From NCBI RefSeq assembly GCF_000281045.1, contig NW_008246083.1, forward strand, positions 79,411 to 126,920: a stretch of 47,510 bases of DNA. The letters run 5' to 3'. Positions 19,800 to 31,976 of the stretch are shown here, piece after piece. The notes below the pieces were generated by a model. That model was not told the DNA's origin. It did not search any database and worked only from the letters and a program-made list of their open reading frames with translations. Made by a program: the position numbers and the translations under genes. Position 1 is the first letter of the stretch. Every line of letters starts with the position of its first letter. The stretch comes from Saprolegnia diclina VS20. Its lineage: Eukaryota.

Positions 19800-20916
19800 T
19801 TAGAGCTTCTTGGCGACCTTCTTGGCGACGGCCGTCGAGCGAAACCGGTAAAAGACCATGCCAGTGCCCATGAGGGCCAACGAAAACCTACAAGAACTTA
19901 CGGCGCCAGCATCGACCACGAGGATACCGTACCAGATGCCCGCGTACATGGCGTGCTTCCACGGCGTCATGTAGAACTCGAGGTACTGGTCCTTGTGCTT
20001 CTTGACAAGCTCTTGCGCGCTCTTGGCTGTCGTCAGTACGTCGTTGAACTCTTCGAGGAGAATCGGCGTGTACTCGGTCTTGCCCATCATGGCGTGCGCG
20101 AGCTCGGGCTGGTTGAGCCAGAAAAAGTGGCGCTTCTTCGGCTCGTTGGGCGGCGAAAAGGTCTTTTCCTATCAAGCCGATGCATCCGTTGCGGCATATG
20201 CCATTTTCAAGAGAATGCAGAGAAGGCGACGAACCTCTTCGCCTTGGACCATGACACCCACGAGCTGCACCTTCGCAGGAGCAGCCTCGACCTGGGGCGG
20301 GCGCGACGTTGTCAACGCCATGTGCTTCTCCATTTCGTCTTTCGGCAGCCAACCGCGGTTGACAATCACAGACGTCCTATGCTCAATCATGATGGTATGC
20401 GCTGCGAGCGACGGTATTATGTACCCGTTCGCACGCTCAAAGAGGTCGTAGATGAAGCCACCGGACGACACCTTACCCTTGCTTTCCGACATGTCGATGG
20501 GCGGCGACCGCGGGTCTATTCGTAGCTATATAAGCACCTTGTTTGCATCAGGTTGTACTACAGAGATAGAACGTCTTGCCCGGCACGAAATGGCCCTCGA
20601 CAGCCAGCTGCCGGTGCTCCAGCTCGGCGCTATTCGCTGCATGAGCCACCTCTCTAGCATAGCCAAGACGATCGTACTTGACGTTTTCCGCAGAGATGTC
20701 CCGCGGGAGTGGTACGGGCGCTTCTTGCAGGCGCTGGCGGCGCGTCTCGATGAGGTCGACCTTCCAAAAGTACCGGTTGCTCTACGCCATGGTTGCACGA
20801 GCCGTTGCTGCATCCCATGCGCCGTCGCGCTGCTGTACCTGCCACACGCCCATGCTGGCCGTGCCGGCGACGATGCTCGAGAAGATCCCGATGCCAAGCA
20901 ATTGACCGCGCTGCAT
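19800..20916 (-). CDS. SURF1: SURF1/SHY1 cytochrome c oxidase assembly protein (multi-exon)
   Basis: N-terminal TM ending MGVWQ, then WKVDLIETRRQRLQEAPVPLP, VIVNRGWLP and FSPPNEPKKRHFFWL. C-terminal KHAMYAGIWYG TM segment. Confidence 0.88.
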
Positions 20917-21288
20917 GTCCTTCCTTCTTCGCCTTTGGAATTCGTTTGAAGCGTGTTTCTGCAAAACGGCAAACGCCACCTTGAATACGCGTTATATGTG
21001 GCATATGCCATTTTCAACCAGACTGTATTCGGCATATCCCGCGCTGCAGTTGTCTTATTCGACGCCATCACGCATGCCTCTCGGCCTGCAGCCTTTTCGC
21101 TGTTAGGTAGATGGGGTACATAGACCGCATACGCTTTGCAAATGCAGACAGACCAAGGAAAATACGAATTCTTATTTCTCTAGAGACCGACGAACATCCG
21201 GCATGAGAGCGAGGTGCCGCAGGACATGCCGAATTTAGTGGAATCTATTTTTAGCACTGATTCGCCAAAAATCAGATATCAGAGAGTG

Positions 21289-24200
21289 ATGCAAGCGATA
21301 TTGCCGTCGCTGCCCGAGTCGGCGCCGCACGATGGCTCGCTTCTCGCGAGGAAGAAGCCGCCGCAGAGTGCCCGCAGCATTCTTCTGCGCTCCAAGGTGG
21401 AGCCGCGCACGTCGCGAAGCACGGCGCGCCGAGGCAACACCCGCCCCACGCCCGCGTCCAACATCTGGTCACACGTGGTGCGGGTGGCCGTGCAGAAGAA
21501 GAAGCGCGAGCCAACGCCAAGTACAGAGAGTAATGCATCCTCTTGATATCGTGCTGCTCTCGCTGATGGCAATGCTGCCAGGCGACAACGATGGTGACGC
21601 GCTCTCGTCGGCGAGTGTGGCCACGAAAGAGCTCACGTCGCTCGCAACACTGCTCAAGTCGTCGCGGCTACGAAAGTTCAAAGGCAAGTCCAAGGCGCGC
21701 CCCGACCTCGAGCCGTCCAACGCGATGCGGCAGTGGGCGCTGCCGATCCATACGCAGCCCACCACTGCCGCGCAAGAGAAGGAAGACCACCCGGACATCA
21801 GCGACGACAACGACGTAGGTCGCATCAACCGGCAAGACACCATGTCTGAATTGGTAGCTCGGCGAGCTGGCGCGGCGCAAGCAAGATGCGCTCACGGCCA
21901 ACCACGGGCGCAACTTGATCCTGGACGAAGCGTGCCGCGCTGCGTTCACAAAGGACGCGGAGAACCGATCGCACCTCGAACTCCAATCGCTCAAAACGTG
22001 GTTTCTCAAAACGAAGCTCAAAACGTGCACTGATTTTGAGGCTTTGCAGCCCCTCGAGGTCGGCCAACTTCGGAAACAACGCCATCTTATTGTTGAGAAT
22101 GGTAGCTGACACTACTCTGCCGGCGTATGAAGCTCGCCACGTACTACCCCAACGAAGTCGTCTTCAAGCAGGTAGCGTGTTACAACGCGCTCTGTAGTCC
22201 ATACTACATGGGTGCTAGGGCGACGATGGCGATGCGCTCTACATTATCTTTTCCGGCATGATCCTGAACGCATGTAGAATTTGTCATATAGAAAAACAAC
22301 TAGGGTCCGTGGACGTGCGCGTGAGCCAAAAAATTGGCGGCGAAGTAATCGAAGTTGTCGTGTGCGAACTGCACAAAGGTGATTTAGCCAATTCCACCAG
22401 AACATGTTGAACTATTGCATTTGGAAGGCGACTTTTTTGGCGAGCGAAGCCTCTTGCGCGACGAGCCACGCGCCGGTAAACCATGTCCGAGGTCAACTCC
22501 ATTTTCAAACGGCAACTAGCGACGGTTGTCACCAAGACAATGACTGAACTCGTGTCCATCTGCCGCGAAGACTACAACGTCATGCTCAAGCAAGACCAGC
22601 AGGACTTTATTGATCGTGGAAAAGTCGCGCCTGCGATCGCCGCGGCGGTGCGACGAGTAGCATGCCCACTGTGTCTTTAATGGCACCATGTTTAGTCGTC
22701 CAACAGCCACGAGACGTACGTGCGCATTTTGCGCAAGAAGCCCAACTTGCGCACGAAAGCGGACGTCGCCCTCCTCACAACGTACATCGAGACCATCAAG
22801 TTCTTCCGCGCGCTCCCAAAAGCATTCCTGCGCGAACTCTGCAGCGTCATTGAGCTCGTGACGGTCGGACCCAACACGACCATCTTCCGCGAGGGCGAGG
22901 TCGGCAAGCTCTTTTACGTCATCATGACGGGGTCGGTCGACGTCAAAGTCAACTCGGTCGACCGGCGTGGCGGGAAAGGCCAAATGAAGCTCATCAACCT
23001 CAGCGAAGGCGCGCACTTTGGCGAGCTCGCGCTCATGAAAGGTACGCACTCGTTCATGGACTCGAGACTACGCTGTCTAGCCAACGGGCTCCGCTCGGCA
23101 ACGGTCGTCACGACCCAGCTGTGTGAGCTGCTCATCATTGCCGAACACGACTACAACAACATTTTGCGCAAATTGCAAAAGGAAGACATGTCCAAGCGTC
23201 TCGAGCTCCTGGATAAAATTCCCATGTTTCAAAGCGTCGAGTGGACCAACGAGCTCCTCGAAGAGATCTGCTATGTGCTCGTCGAGCAACGGTTTCCCGC
23301 CGGCTCGACGCTGTACGCCCAAGGTTCGAAAAAGTTCGATGGGTATCATCTTGGACATTGATTGTCCAATATAGGGGACAAGGCGATGCAAATGTACTTT
23401 GTGACGCGCGGCGAGTGCGTCCTCACGCGCACGGTGGTCGACCCCAAGACGCAAGTGGCGCACGAAACGACCATTGAGCGCTTGGGCCCCTTCAACGTCG
23501 TTGGCGACGATGCGTACGTCCACTTGTAGTTAGTTAGTCCATTTATGGTGTATATCTAGCGCAACGGGTACCAACTTTAACGAAGTCATTTACCGCGCAG
23601 ATACGGTCACGGCGACGACACCGATTGATGTACCACCTTGTCACGTCCATAGACTGTATATGCGTCCTCGCGTGTAGGCGCTCGTGCTTACTAAATACGA
23701 CGTCTTCAACCGCCTTTCACGGGGCGCGCGCGAGACGCTCTGGAGCCACACGCGTGCACACAAGGCCGCCATGGTGGTCATGGACCAGCTCTACAAGTCG
23801 CTCAAGTGGAAGGCCTACACGAAGCATGTGTTGGCCACCGAAGTTGATGGGCAAAAGTTGGCGCGGCGTCTTCGCCACCGCCCCGCGCCGTCGCTCGACC
23901 CCATCGCGGTACTTAGGACCGATTGAGTGACAAGGACGCAAGAGATATTGAGTAGATGCGACCCAAGATGTCACTTCTCGAAAGCAACGATTTGCTGCTC
24001 GTGACGCCGCCAACGTCGAGCCCGTCGTCGGCCATGACTCTCGCCAAGTACACGACGCAGTACAATCCCGACATCACCACCGAAGACCGCGACCACGTCA
24101 TGGCGCTGGCGAATGCCACCGAGTGTGCGGAACGCGCGGCGCGCGCGGCAGATGGCAACCCTGCCGAGTACTTGCGCTATTTGCACGACAATGGTAGTAG

Positions 24201-25855
24201 TGTCCTTCAAACCATACACGAGCGGTGTGCGTAGGCGAGACGCCCAACGACGCCGTCAAAAGCATCATCAGTGAGAAGGACTACTTCTCCGAGCACTACA
24301 TCTTTTCGATGACGACGCCGCCGCTGACGCCACGACCGCCGCCGGCCAAGAAGCCTCTGCATGCTGCCCGTGCGTCGCGCGCCAACCTCGGCGTTCCCCG
24401 TGCACCGGTGCTGCTCGAGTTTGCCCCCAAGATTGTGGTCATCAACGTCGCCCACCAACGTCTCTTATTCTGTGACGAGACTTGTCGCTACTGACCATGA
24501 TGGTGCTGCGTAGAGCTCCAGCCGGTCGCGCCCCACCCAGCGTTTCGACTCGCGGGGATGTTCGCGTCGAAAGAAGCCGCCGAGACCGCAGCCAACGCCA
24601 TCGAAGAGTACGAGGCCAAGCACGTGCGAAATGGCTTCAAGGCCGAGCGAGCGATCGGGTACTACACCATCGACACGGGCAAGTATGTGCTCGTGCCGTC
24701 GACGCTTGAGTGCCTCCTCTCGCCGTACTACTGCGACCAAGCGCTGCATGGCATCATCGACGAGCACACAGACTGGAATTACTGGCGCTCGACGCGTACT
24801 GTCGTATCGTACATAGTGTAGATTGTGCTGACGTCGGGGGTAGGCGCCAAGCACTGCGCGTCCCGGCCCGTCACGGCAGACGCAATTCAAAAACTGCTGC
24901 ACGACGCGTGTGGGCACGTGAGCCAAGTGGCCGCCAAGAAGAGCCAGCGACCTTCGGTAGCCAACCTTGCACTGTGTGATGCTATGCTGCGCGACGACTA
25001 GTCGGTGGCGCGTTCGGTGCATTTGCACGACATTGTCGACTACCACATCCCAATCGAGCTCCGCGACGGCGGCAGCTTTGCCTGCGTGAGCATCGTGCTC
25101 GTCGCCAAGGAAACGACCGAGCCCGTCCTCGCGGTGCACGGCTGCTTTCGCACCGAAGCCGACGCGCTGTCGTTCGCCGAGCGCGGGTACCGTTTCGTGG
25201 TTGAAAGATTGATACAGACATGGACGTAGCAAGATTCCGCAGCTCGTCGATAGTGCCATGCTGTGTGTGGTGCCCATGTACGAGTGGGTATTTTTCGATG
25301 ACGCGGCCGAGTGGTGTGTCTCGCTGCGCAAGTCGCGCGACCGCCAGCTCGGTTTCGACGCGCTCAAGAAGCAAGTCGCTTCGCACCACGCGCACGGCGT
25401 CGCGGCGCTGCCCGAGGTGCCGCACCCGGTATACGTCCGGCGTCCTGCTGCATATGAGCGAGCGACAAAGCGTAGGTGCCAACGTGGGTCCAGGAAAAGG
25501 AGCAAGCGACCAAGATCCACCAACTCGTGTGCGTCCATCTCGGTCTGCGCCTGCCCGAGGCGGATATAGCCAACGACGACGAGGGCTACACGTACGACGA
25601 CGACACAACGACGCTGCTGGTGTCACAGAATGCGTCGCATGCAATAGGCCCAAGATCAACTCGGTGCTGGATCAAAAGCTGGATGCGCTGCGGGACATCC
25701 TCACGGCCCAGCACGCGCGGTCGGCCAACATGACGCTGAGCAAAGTCCAGAAAATGCAGAAAATGAGCAACCTCATCAAAGCCAAGGCGGGGTTGGCCAA
25801 GGACACTGCCTCCACGGACACCGACGTCGCGTCAACGACGACGGCGCCCAACTAA
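21289..25855 (+). CDS. Large multi-exon cyclic nucleotide-binding (cNMP/CAP_ED) domain protein with about 3 CNB domains
   Basis: VVFKQGDDGDALYII..GSVDVR..FFGERSL; IFREGEVGKLFYVIMTGSVDV..GAHFGELALMK..RSATVVT; LYAQGDKAMQMYFVTRGEC. Coding-like exons continue to TAA at 25853-25855. The 3' half could be a separate gene. Confidence 0.78.
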
Positions 25856-25955
25856 GAACAGTACTAAGACCTGCTCTAAGAGCAACACTAAGAAGAGCTC
25901 CAAGAACAACACTGAGAACAGCACTACGGACTGCGTTAGGACCAGCTCCAAGTAA
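25851..25955. repeat. Degenerate ~12-bp tandem repeat (actaagaacagc-like)
   Basis: actaagaacagt actaagacctgc tctaagagcaac actaagaagagc tccaagaacaac actgagaacagc... Confidence 0.65.
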
Positions 25956-26121
25956 GAACTTGTCGATAGCAATTATGCATCAAGGATTACTCCTTGTCAT
26001 GAGGACACCAGGATGCTGTTCGAGCGGCGACCGTAGATCAAGGTCATGGGGACGATGTACGAGGTCGTCTCTGATAAGCGAACTGAGGCGCTCTGTCCTT
26101 GATGAGGGTCTGCGTGATGAG

Positions 26122-27090
26122 TTAGTGTTGGGCCCAGGGCGCCGAGCGAAAGAGGCGACGAAGTGTCACGCGGACTTGGTTGTGCCACTTGTGGGAGGTT
26201 GTGTGGGCGAGCATGCACTGGCGCACTGTCCACCTGCGCCACGCCTTCTCCAGCGCCGTGTCCTCGTCCGCGACCAGTTCTCGCAGCGCGGCCATCCGAT
26301 GCGCGTGAAGCGCCTCAGTCTCGGCCCACGCGTCGTCCATGGCGTCGGCGGCGCAGCCCGCCGCCCAGAGCAGTCCATACCGGTCGGAAAGGGGGAGTGG
26401 GCCAAGGGTATCTCGTGGGCCGCGCGTCGAGACGTACTCGACGCGCACGTGTGTGTGGTGATAGGCCATGCCGAGCGACGGGCCGTCGGCCTGCGTGGGC
26501 ACCGTGCAGCCGCCCAGCGTCCGCGGAAACTCGTATATGGTCGCGGTCGAGAAGGCAACGCGCGTCGTCCGCCGGCGCAGAAAGCGCAGCTTTGTCCGTG
26601 GGATCGTGCGGTCCGGCTTCAAGATGCGCTTCACGACCAGCTGGTTCTCAGTCGAGGAGGCAGGTACCACCGTGCCACTATGGCTGCTCGCCAAGGCGGC
26701 GGCCACGCAGTCGGCAAGCTCAGACGCGCTGCGGCGCCAGACCTCGGCGTGGCGTGGCACCCAGTCGTCGTCGTCGTCGTCCTTCTCGTCGTCCGTTTTG
26801 GTCGCGCCATCCACTTTGTAGGTTCTGTCGAGCTTGGTTCCACGGGCGTCCTCCGACTCGACCTCGGACAAGCTCGGGAGCAGCAGCGCAAAGCTCGAGT
26901 CGCTCACCGACGACCACGCCGAGAGCAGCGTCCCGTGCGGCGTCCGCGGCGAGAGACTCGCATCCGACGCCGTGTCGACCGTGGGCGCAAAGGACACGAC
27001 GCGGTCGCTCCGCGTCTTGACGAGCTTGTCTGCGTCGAAGACGTCCTCGCCGAACGAGACTCGGGCCTCGGCCCACGCCAGCGTCTCCAT
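26122..27090 (-). CDS. Protein with a CSRNP N-terminal-like motif and RVxF motifs, 322 aa
   Basis: RVAFSTATIYEFPRTLGGCTVPTQADGPSLGMAYHH resembles the cysteine/serine-rich nuclear protein N-terminal motif. RVSF, RVVSF and RVAF also present. Coding-like GC3 bias. Confidence 0.65.
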   Translation of the reverse strand: METLAWAEARVSFGEDVFDADKLVKTRSDRVVSFAPTVDTASDASLSPRTPHGTLLSAWSSVSDSSFALLLPSLSEVESEDARGTKLDRTYKVDGATKTDDEKDDDDDDWVPRHAEVWRRSASELADCVAAALASSHSGTVVPASSTENQLVVKRILKPDRTIPRTKLRFLRRRTTRVAFSTATIYEFPRTLGGCTVPTQADGPSLGMAYHHTHVRVEYVSTRGPRDTLGPLPLSDRYGLLWAAGCAADAMDDAWAETEALHAHRMAALRELVADEDTALEKAWRRWTVRQCMLAHTTSHKWHNQVRVTLRRLFRSAPWAQH

Positions 27091-27347
27091 CTCGGTCCTT
27101 GGTGTAGAATTGGCAAATACGGCCTGTAAAAGCTCGCAGCTTCAGATAGTGTTTGGTCCAAAAGACATATCGACGATCGCGAGACGGTCACCACCAAGTT
27201 TGGCTCGTTCCTCTTGGAAGGAGCGTCTCGTCCAGCGTGATTTGTCGCTGCACGGTAGGCTCGTCATGTACAGTACATTAGTCCAAGCATAACAACGATG
27301 ACTCAGAGTGACATCAAGTCGATGCTATCACCTGAGACAGGAACATG

Positions 27348-27419
27348 TGGAGCGCAGCTCTCGCCGAAGTTGCACGAGCTTGGAGCGCAGCTCTCGCCGA
27401 AGTTGCACGAGCTTGGAGC
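27348..27419. repeat. Perfect 33-bp tandem duplication downstream of PABP
   Basis: tggagcgcagctctcgccgaagttgcacgagct at 27348-27380 and 27381-27413. Confidence 0.93.
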
Positions 27420-27600
27420 TCGGAGCGCTGCTGACGTCCCTTGTGTTACGTGGCAGCACTGGACGGTGTACTTGGTTCGCTCCTCGACGAACTGCTGGGT
27501 TGAAACAAGAGGTGACGCGAGAACAAAGGTCATCTTTATTGCAACAAAAATAACGTCTCGTCTCGGTCTCATTCCCTTTGGTGGTTGCTTGTCTTCCTCC

Positions 27601-29559
27601 TTACTCTTCCGCGGCCATGTGGGCTTCGAGGACAGCGATGGCTTCCGTGATCTTGCCCTCGAGCGCTTCCGGGCTCTCCAACAAGTGGAGCAGCTCGCCG
27701 TTGTCCATCTCCAAGAGCATGCCCGTGATCTTACCGGCAAGCTGCGGCTGCGACTTCTCGATCAACGGGAAGAGGCGCTCGCCAATCATGTTCTTCTGCA
27801 TGTTGGGCGAGGCAGCAGCCAAGGCGGCCGACGTGAGCGGCTCCATGACCGGGACGGCCGGCGCCGCCGGGGCGACTTCGGGTTGGTTGCGCGCGTTCGC
27901 AGTGTACTTGAAGTTGTTGCGGTTGTTGCGCGGCTGGCCCTGCATCTGCGGCGGCACCTGGCCCTGCGGGCGACGACCACGCGGCTGGCGCGGCTGGCCC
28001 TGCATGGGCATGCCGTACTGGGGCATACCGTAGCCGGCCGGGCCGGGGGCACCGGGCTGGCGGTACGGCATCGGGCCGCGGGGCATGCCACCACGCGGCA
28101 TCATCTGCTGCGGGTAGACAAAGCCCTGGCGCGACTGCGGCGGCATCTGGTTGGGCTGCGCGTAGAACATGGGCGCGGCGCCGTACATGGGCGGCTGCTG
28201 CATGGGCATGCCACGGCCGACGACCATGCCGGACGCGCGCTGCTGGGCGTGCTGCGCTTCCAACTGGGCGCGGCGCACTTCCTTGCGCTGGGCGAGGGCC
28301 ACGTAGATGGGCTTGCCCGAGACGAGCTTGCCGTTCATGTCCGTGACGGCCTTGGTGGCCTCCTCGGGCGTGGCAAAGCACACAAAGCCGAAGCCGCGCG
28401 AGTTGCCCGACGGGTCCTTCATGATGCGGCAGCTCGTGATCGTGCCGCAGGTCGTGAACGCCTCGCGGAGCTCGTCGTCGTTGAGCTGGTCGTCCAAGTT
28501 CTTGACGTACAGGTTGACGCCCTGGTACTTGTTGATGCGTTCCATCTTGAGCGCCTCGAACTTGTTGCGGAGCTCACGCTCGCGCTCGCTGCGCTTCTGG
28601 GCCTTGCCAACGTAGAGCGCAATGTCGGCGCCGTCCTCCTGGCCGACCACCTTGTCGTTGAGGGCCTCGACGGCCTTCTGGGCCGACTCGGGCTCGTCGA
28701 AGTTGACAAAGCCAAAGCCGCGGTTGCCCTCGGACGACGCGTCCTTCATGACGACGCAGCTCGTGATGGCGCCAAAGACCTCAAATTCCTTGCGCAACGT
28801 CGCGTCGTCCCAGTTGTGCGGGATGTTCTTGACGTAGCAGTTGGTCCAGTCGGCGAGGTCGGGGCGGTCCTGGCGCTTCTGGAAGTGGCCGACAAAGACC
28901 TCCGAGCCGGCGATGAGCATGCCGTTGATCTTGGCAATGGCCTCGTTGGCGGCCTCGGCCGTCTCGTAGTGCACGTAGCCATAGCCCTTGGAGCCGCCCG
29001 ACGTGTTGTCGATCGCGACCTTGCACGAGAGGATGTTGCCAAAGAGCGAGAACGTGTCGTAGAGCGCCTTGTTGTCGATCGAGACATCGAGGTTCTTGAC
29101 AAAGATGTTGCCGACGCCCGACTTGCGGAGCGACGGGTCGCGCTGCGACCACATGATGCGGCACGGCACGCCCTTGATGCTCGTGTAGTTCATCGTGTCA
29201 AGCGCACGCTCGGCGTCCGAGACGTTGTGGAAGTTGACGTACGCGTAGCCCAACGAGCGGCGCGTGACGGCGTCGCGGCACACCCGGATCGACGCGACAG
29301 GCCCGACGGCGTTGAAGATCTCAAAGAGCAACGCCTATGGTATCATAATGCCACCATGAGCTGCGGTCCCTGTGCACACGCGATATATGCAACGTTTCGT
29401 CGTGCCTCGATTGAATGGTGAGGTTACCTCTGTCACGTCGGGGTGGATGTCGCCCACGTAGAGCGACGCCGTGTGGAACGGCTGCGCCGGCGCGGCAGGC
29501 GAGGCCACAGGGGCGGCGTTCGTCGCGGCGACGGGGCTCGAGGGGGCAGCGGAGGCCAT
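27601..29559 (-). CDS. PABP: Cytoplasmic polyadenylate-binding protein (4 RRM + MLLE/PABC); exons 29428-29559 and 27601-29334
   Basis: ASLYVGDIHPDVTE|ALLFEIF, RRSLGYAYVNF, RIMWSQRDPSLRKSGVGNIFVKNL, GVNLYVKNLDD. MLLE domain KNMIGERLFPLI..AGKITGMLLEMDN. Confidence 0.98.
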
Positions 29560-30412
29560 GGTTTTTTTTCTACTTTTTGTTGGTTCGGAAGGAAGGAGCT
29601 TGATTCGAGATCTTCGTTGCCGCCGGGGAAGGACGACAGGAAGAAAGCAAACCAAAAAACGGGAATGGCTATCGCCAAGGCTATTGCTGCACTTCTCCAC
29701 CAGTCAAATCGTGCCAACGGATTCCCCACCAACCTAAAGTGCACCAATCACGACCGCTTCTACTTTTCTTTTCGACCAATAAGACGCCCGCATGGGCCCC
29801 GTCCCTTGAATCTTCTCTCAGAATGCATACCTTCGGATCTTACATACGGGTTTTTTCCCGCGCCCATGGTGGCTTTCCCTCTGATACTCGATACATTGGA
29901 ACACTTGATGCGCATCGCATCTGATTTGCCCGGTTCAAGCGACCCAACACACACTATTAGCGTTGATTCGGTGTCGCCTCCGGTATAGTGTATAATAGAC
30001 CTTGCGCACCACGACGCTGGACGTTCGAGAAGCGACCATCTCCCAGCGCAATCTACCACTCAAAGCTATACAAGAGGCTACTTCATTGCTCCGCACGGCA
30101 ACACTACTACTAGACCATCTGCAGCTTCGCTACCTGCCGTCAATATACTTGCCCATCAAGCCTACTGGTAGTAGGTACTGACCGGAGCCTTAGCACAGGC
30201 AGAGACTATAGTCGTACATTACCTTCCGCTAGCTAAACACCCGAGGGGAGCACACGGAGTCTATCGACGATGCCAATCATCGCGCGATCTTTTGTTGGGA
30301 CGAGTCGCGGATCGTTTTTCTCGGCATATGCCACCGTGTGTGCCACATTCGCGTGACACGACCAGATCCTGCCGAATTTAGCGCACGGAAATAGTGTGTG
30401 GCGTCACTTGCC

Positions 30413-31976
30413 ATGTCGATCCGATACGCGTGCGTGTGCGGCCGGCGCTACCCGCTGGCAGAGCTCTACTGGAGCGACTCGTGCAACAAGCTCGTGTGCC
30501 CATGGCCGACGTGCTCGCTCCAGGAGATCGACTCGTACTTTTGCCGCTTCCAGATGGACAACCTCCCGTCCAAGGAGGCGGCGGCCTATAAGAACCGGTC
30601 GGCGCGCACGTTTGCGTGCCCCGACTGCGCGACCACATTGCAGACGATCAAGACAGGCGACAAGTACATCTTCTTCTGCGCCCACTGCCGCTGGGACTCG
30701 GAGGCGATTTTGGCCGAAGATGACCCCGACACGCTCATGATGGTCGCCAACACGCGCGAGCGCGACGACCACATCTTTGATACGCTTCTATCGCACTACC
30801 AACAAGCGTCGGCGCAGCACGCAGCGGCGCACCCGACGAAGCCTCTCGCGTTTGGCTCCCTCGCACGGTAAGCTTTCTGCTACGTCGTCTTTGGGATGGA
30901 AGTGGCATGGACACACGTAGGTTTGGCAAGCCCCATTTTCAGGTCAAGGCGCCATCGACCTTGGGCTGGAAGATGGAGCAGCTCGACGAAAAGCTGCACA
31001 AGCGCAGCATCGACAACGTGCTGTCGCCGACCGACCAAAAGCTGGCCGCCGCGCTGCGGGCCAAGTTCCCGAACCACAAGAGCTTCGACTGCGCCGACGA
31101 TAGCGACGCCGTCGCCGCGCTCGCGTCGAAGAAGTACATGTCGACGATCTCGACGTTGCACCAGCGCTATCGCTGCAACCCGCTTTTGCAGAGTCGGGAC
31201 GTGCCCGCGCTGTACCCGTCGCGGCCAGACCTCCGCGTGAAGCGGTCGTGGCGCTGTGTCGAAGCCATGGCCAAGAACAACCCTGGCATCCTCGTCAAGC
31301 CGCAGATCAATCCGATGACAGGCGACAGCTCCATGGTCGTGTCGGCGTCGTGGTGGAAGAAGGCGACGCTCGGCATCCACTTTGTGCCCAACGTGACGAT
31401 CCAGACGCTTTGGGCGAACGACCACTGCTGGCTCCTCCTTGAAAACCCCCTCGAGGACGACATTCTCCTCACGGTTGCCGCCAAAGCTCTCGAGAGCGAC
31501 GAGGGTCCCCCTTTCATCGTACGTTGCTGCTGTCGCTGCATATCGTGATGCATGCTCGTGGTCTTGTAGCCCGTCGTGCCCGCCGGTCCGCTTGCGATCG
31601 GCGCATACGAAGATCCCAACTTGATGGACACGTCGCCAGCCGAAGTCGCCAAGTTTGACGGTGCGTACCTCGAGGCGCGTGATCGTGTCTTAGACGACTG
31701 TGCGAGCAGATGTGACGTCGGACCCGACAAAGACGGTGCTCACGTCGCGCAACTACGCCAAGTTCAAAGTGCACGTACGTGGCGCCACCACGGCGCAGGA
31801 AATGATTATGATACTAGAGCGAGAACGCGATGGATCCCGTTGCGTTCCAGCTCGAGTTTCACATGTACAAGGTCGAAGACGAGGAGCACATTGGCGCGGT
31901 CACGACTGTCGAAGGCCGCCCGCTGCTCGCCATCTTCACGATCGATTTGGAGGTCCCCATGGCGGCTCGCGTCTAA
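30413..31976 (+). CDS. DCTN4: Dynactin subunit 4 (p62), multi-exon
   Basis: PLAELYW..C..QEIDSYFC..MDNLPSKEA..KNR..FACPDC..FFCAHCRWDS; LYPSRPDLRVKRSWRC..ILVKPQINP..FVPNVTI..LLLENP. Confidence 0.88.

Noticed and set aside
27298..29421. 707-aa plus-strand ORF antisense to PABP
   Set aside because: Shadow ORF produced by the strong GC3 codon bias of PABP. No recognisable domain.
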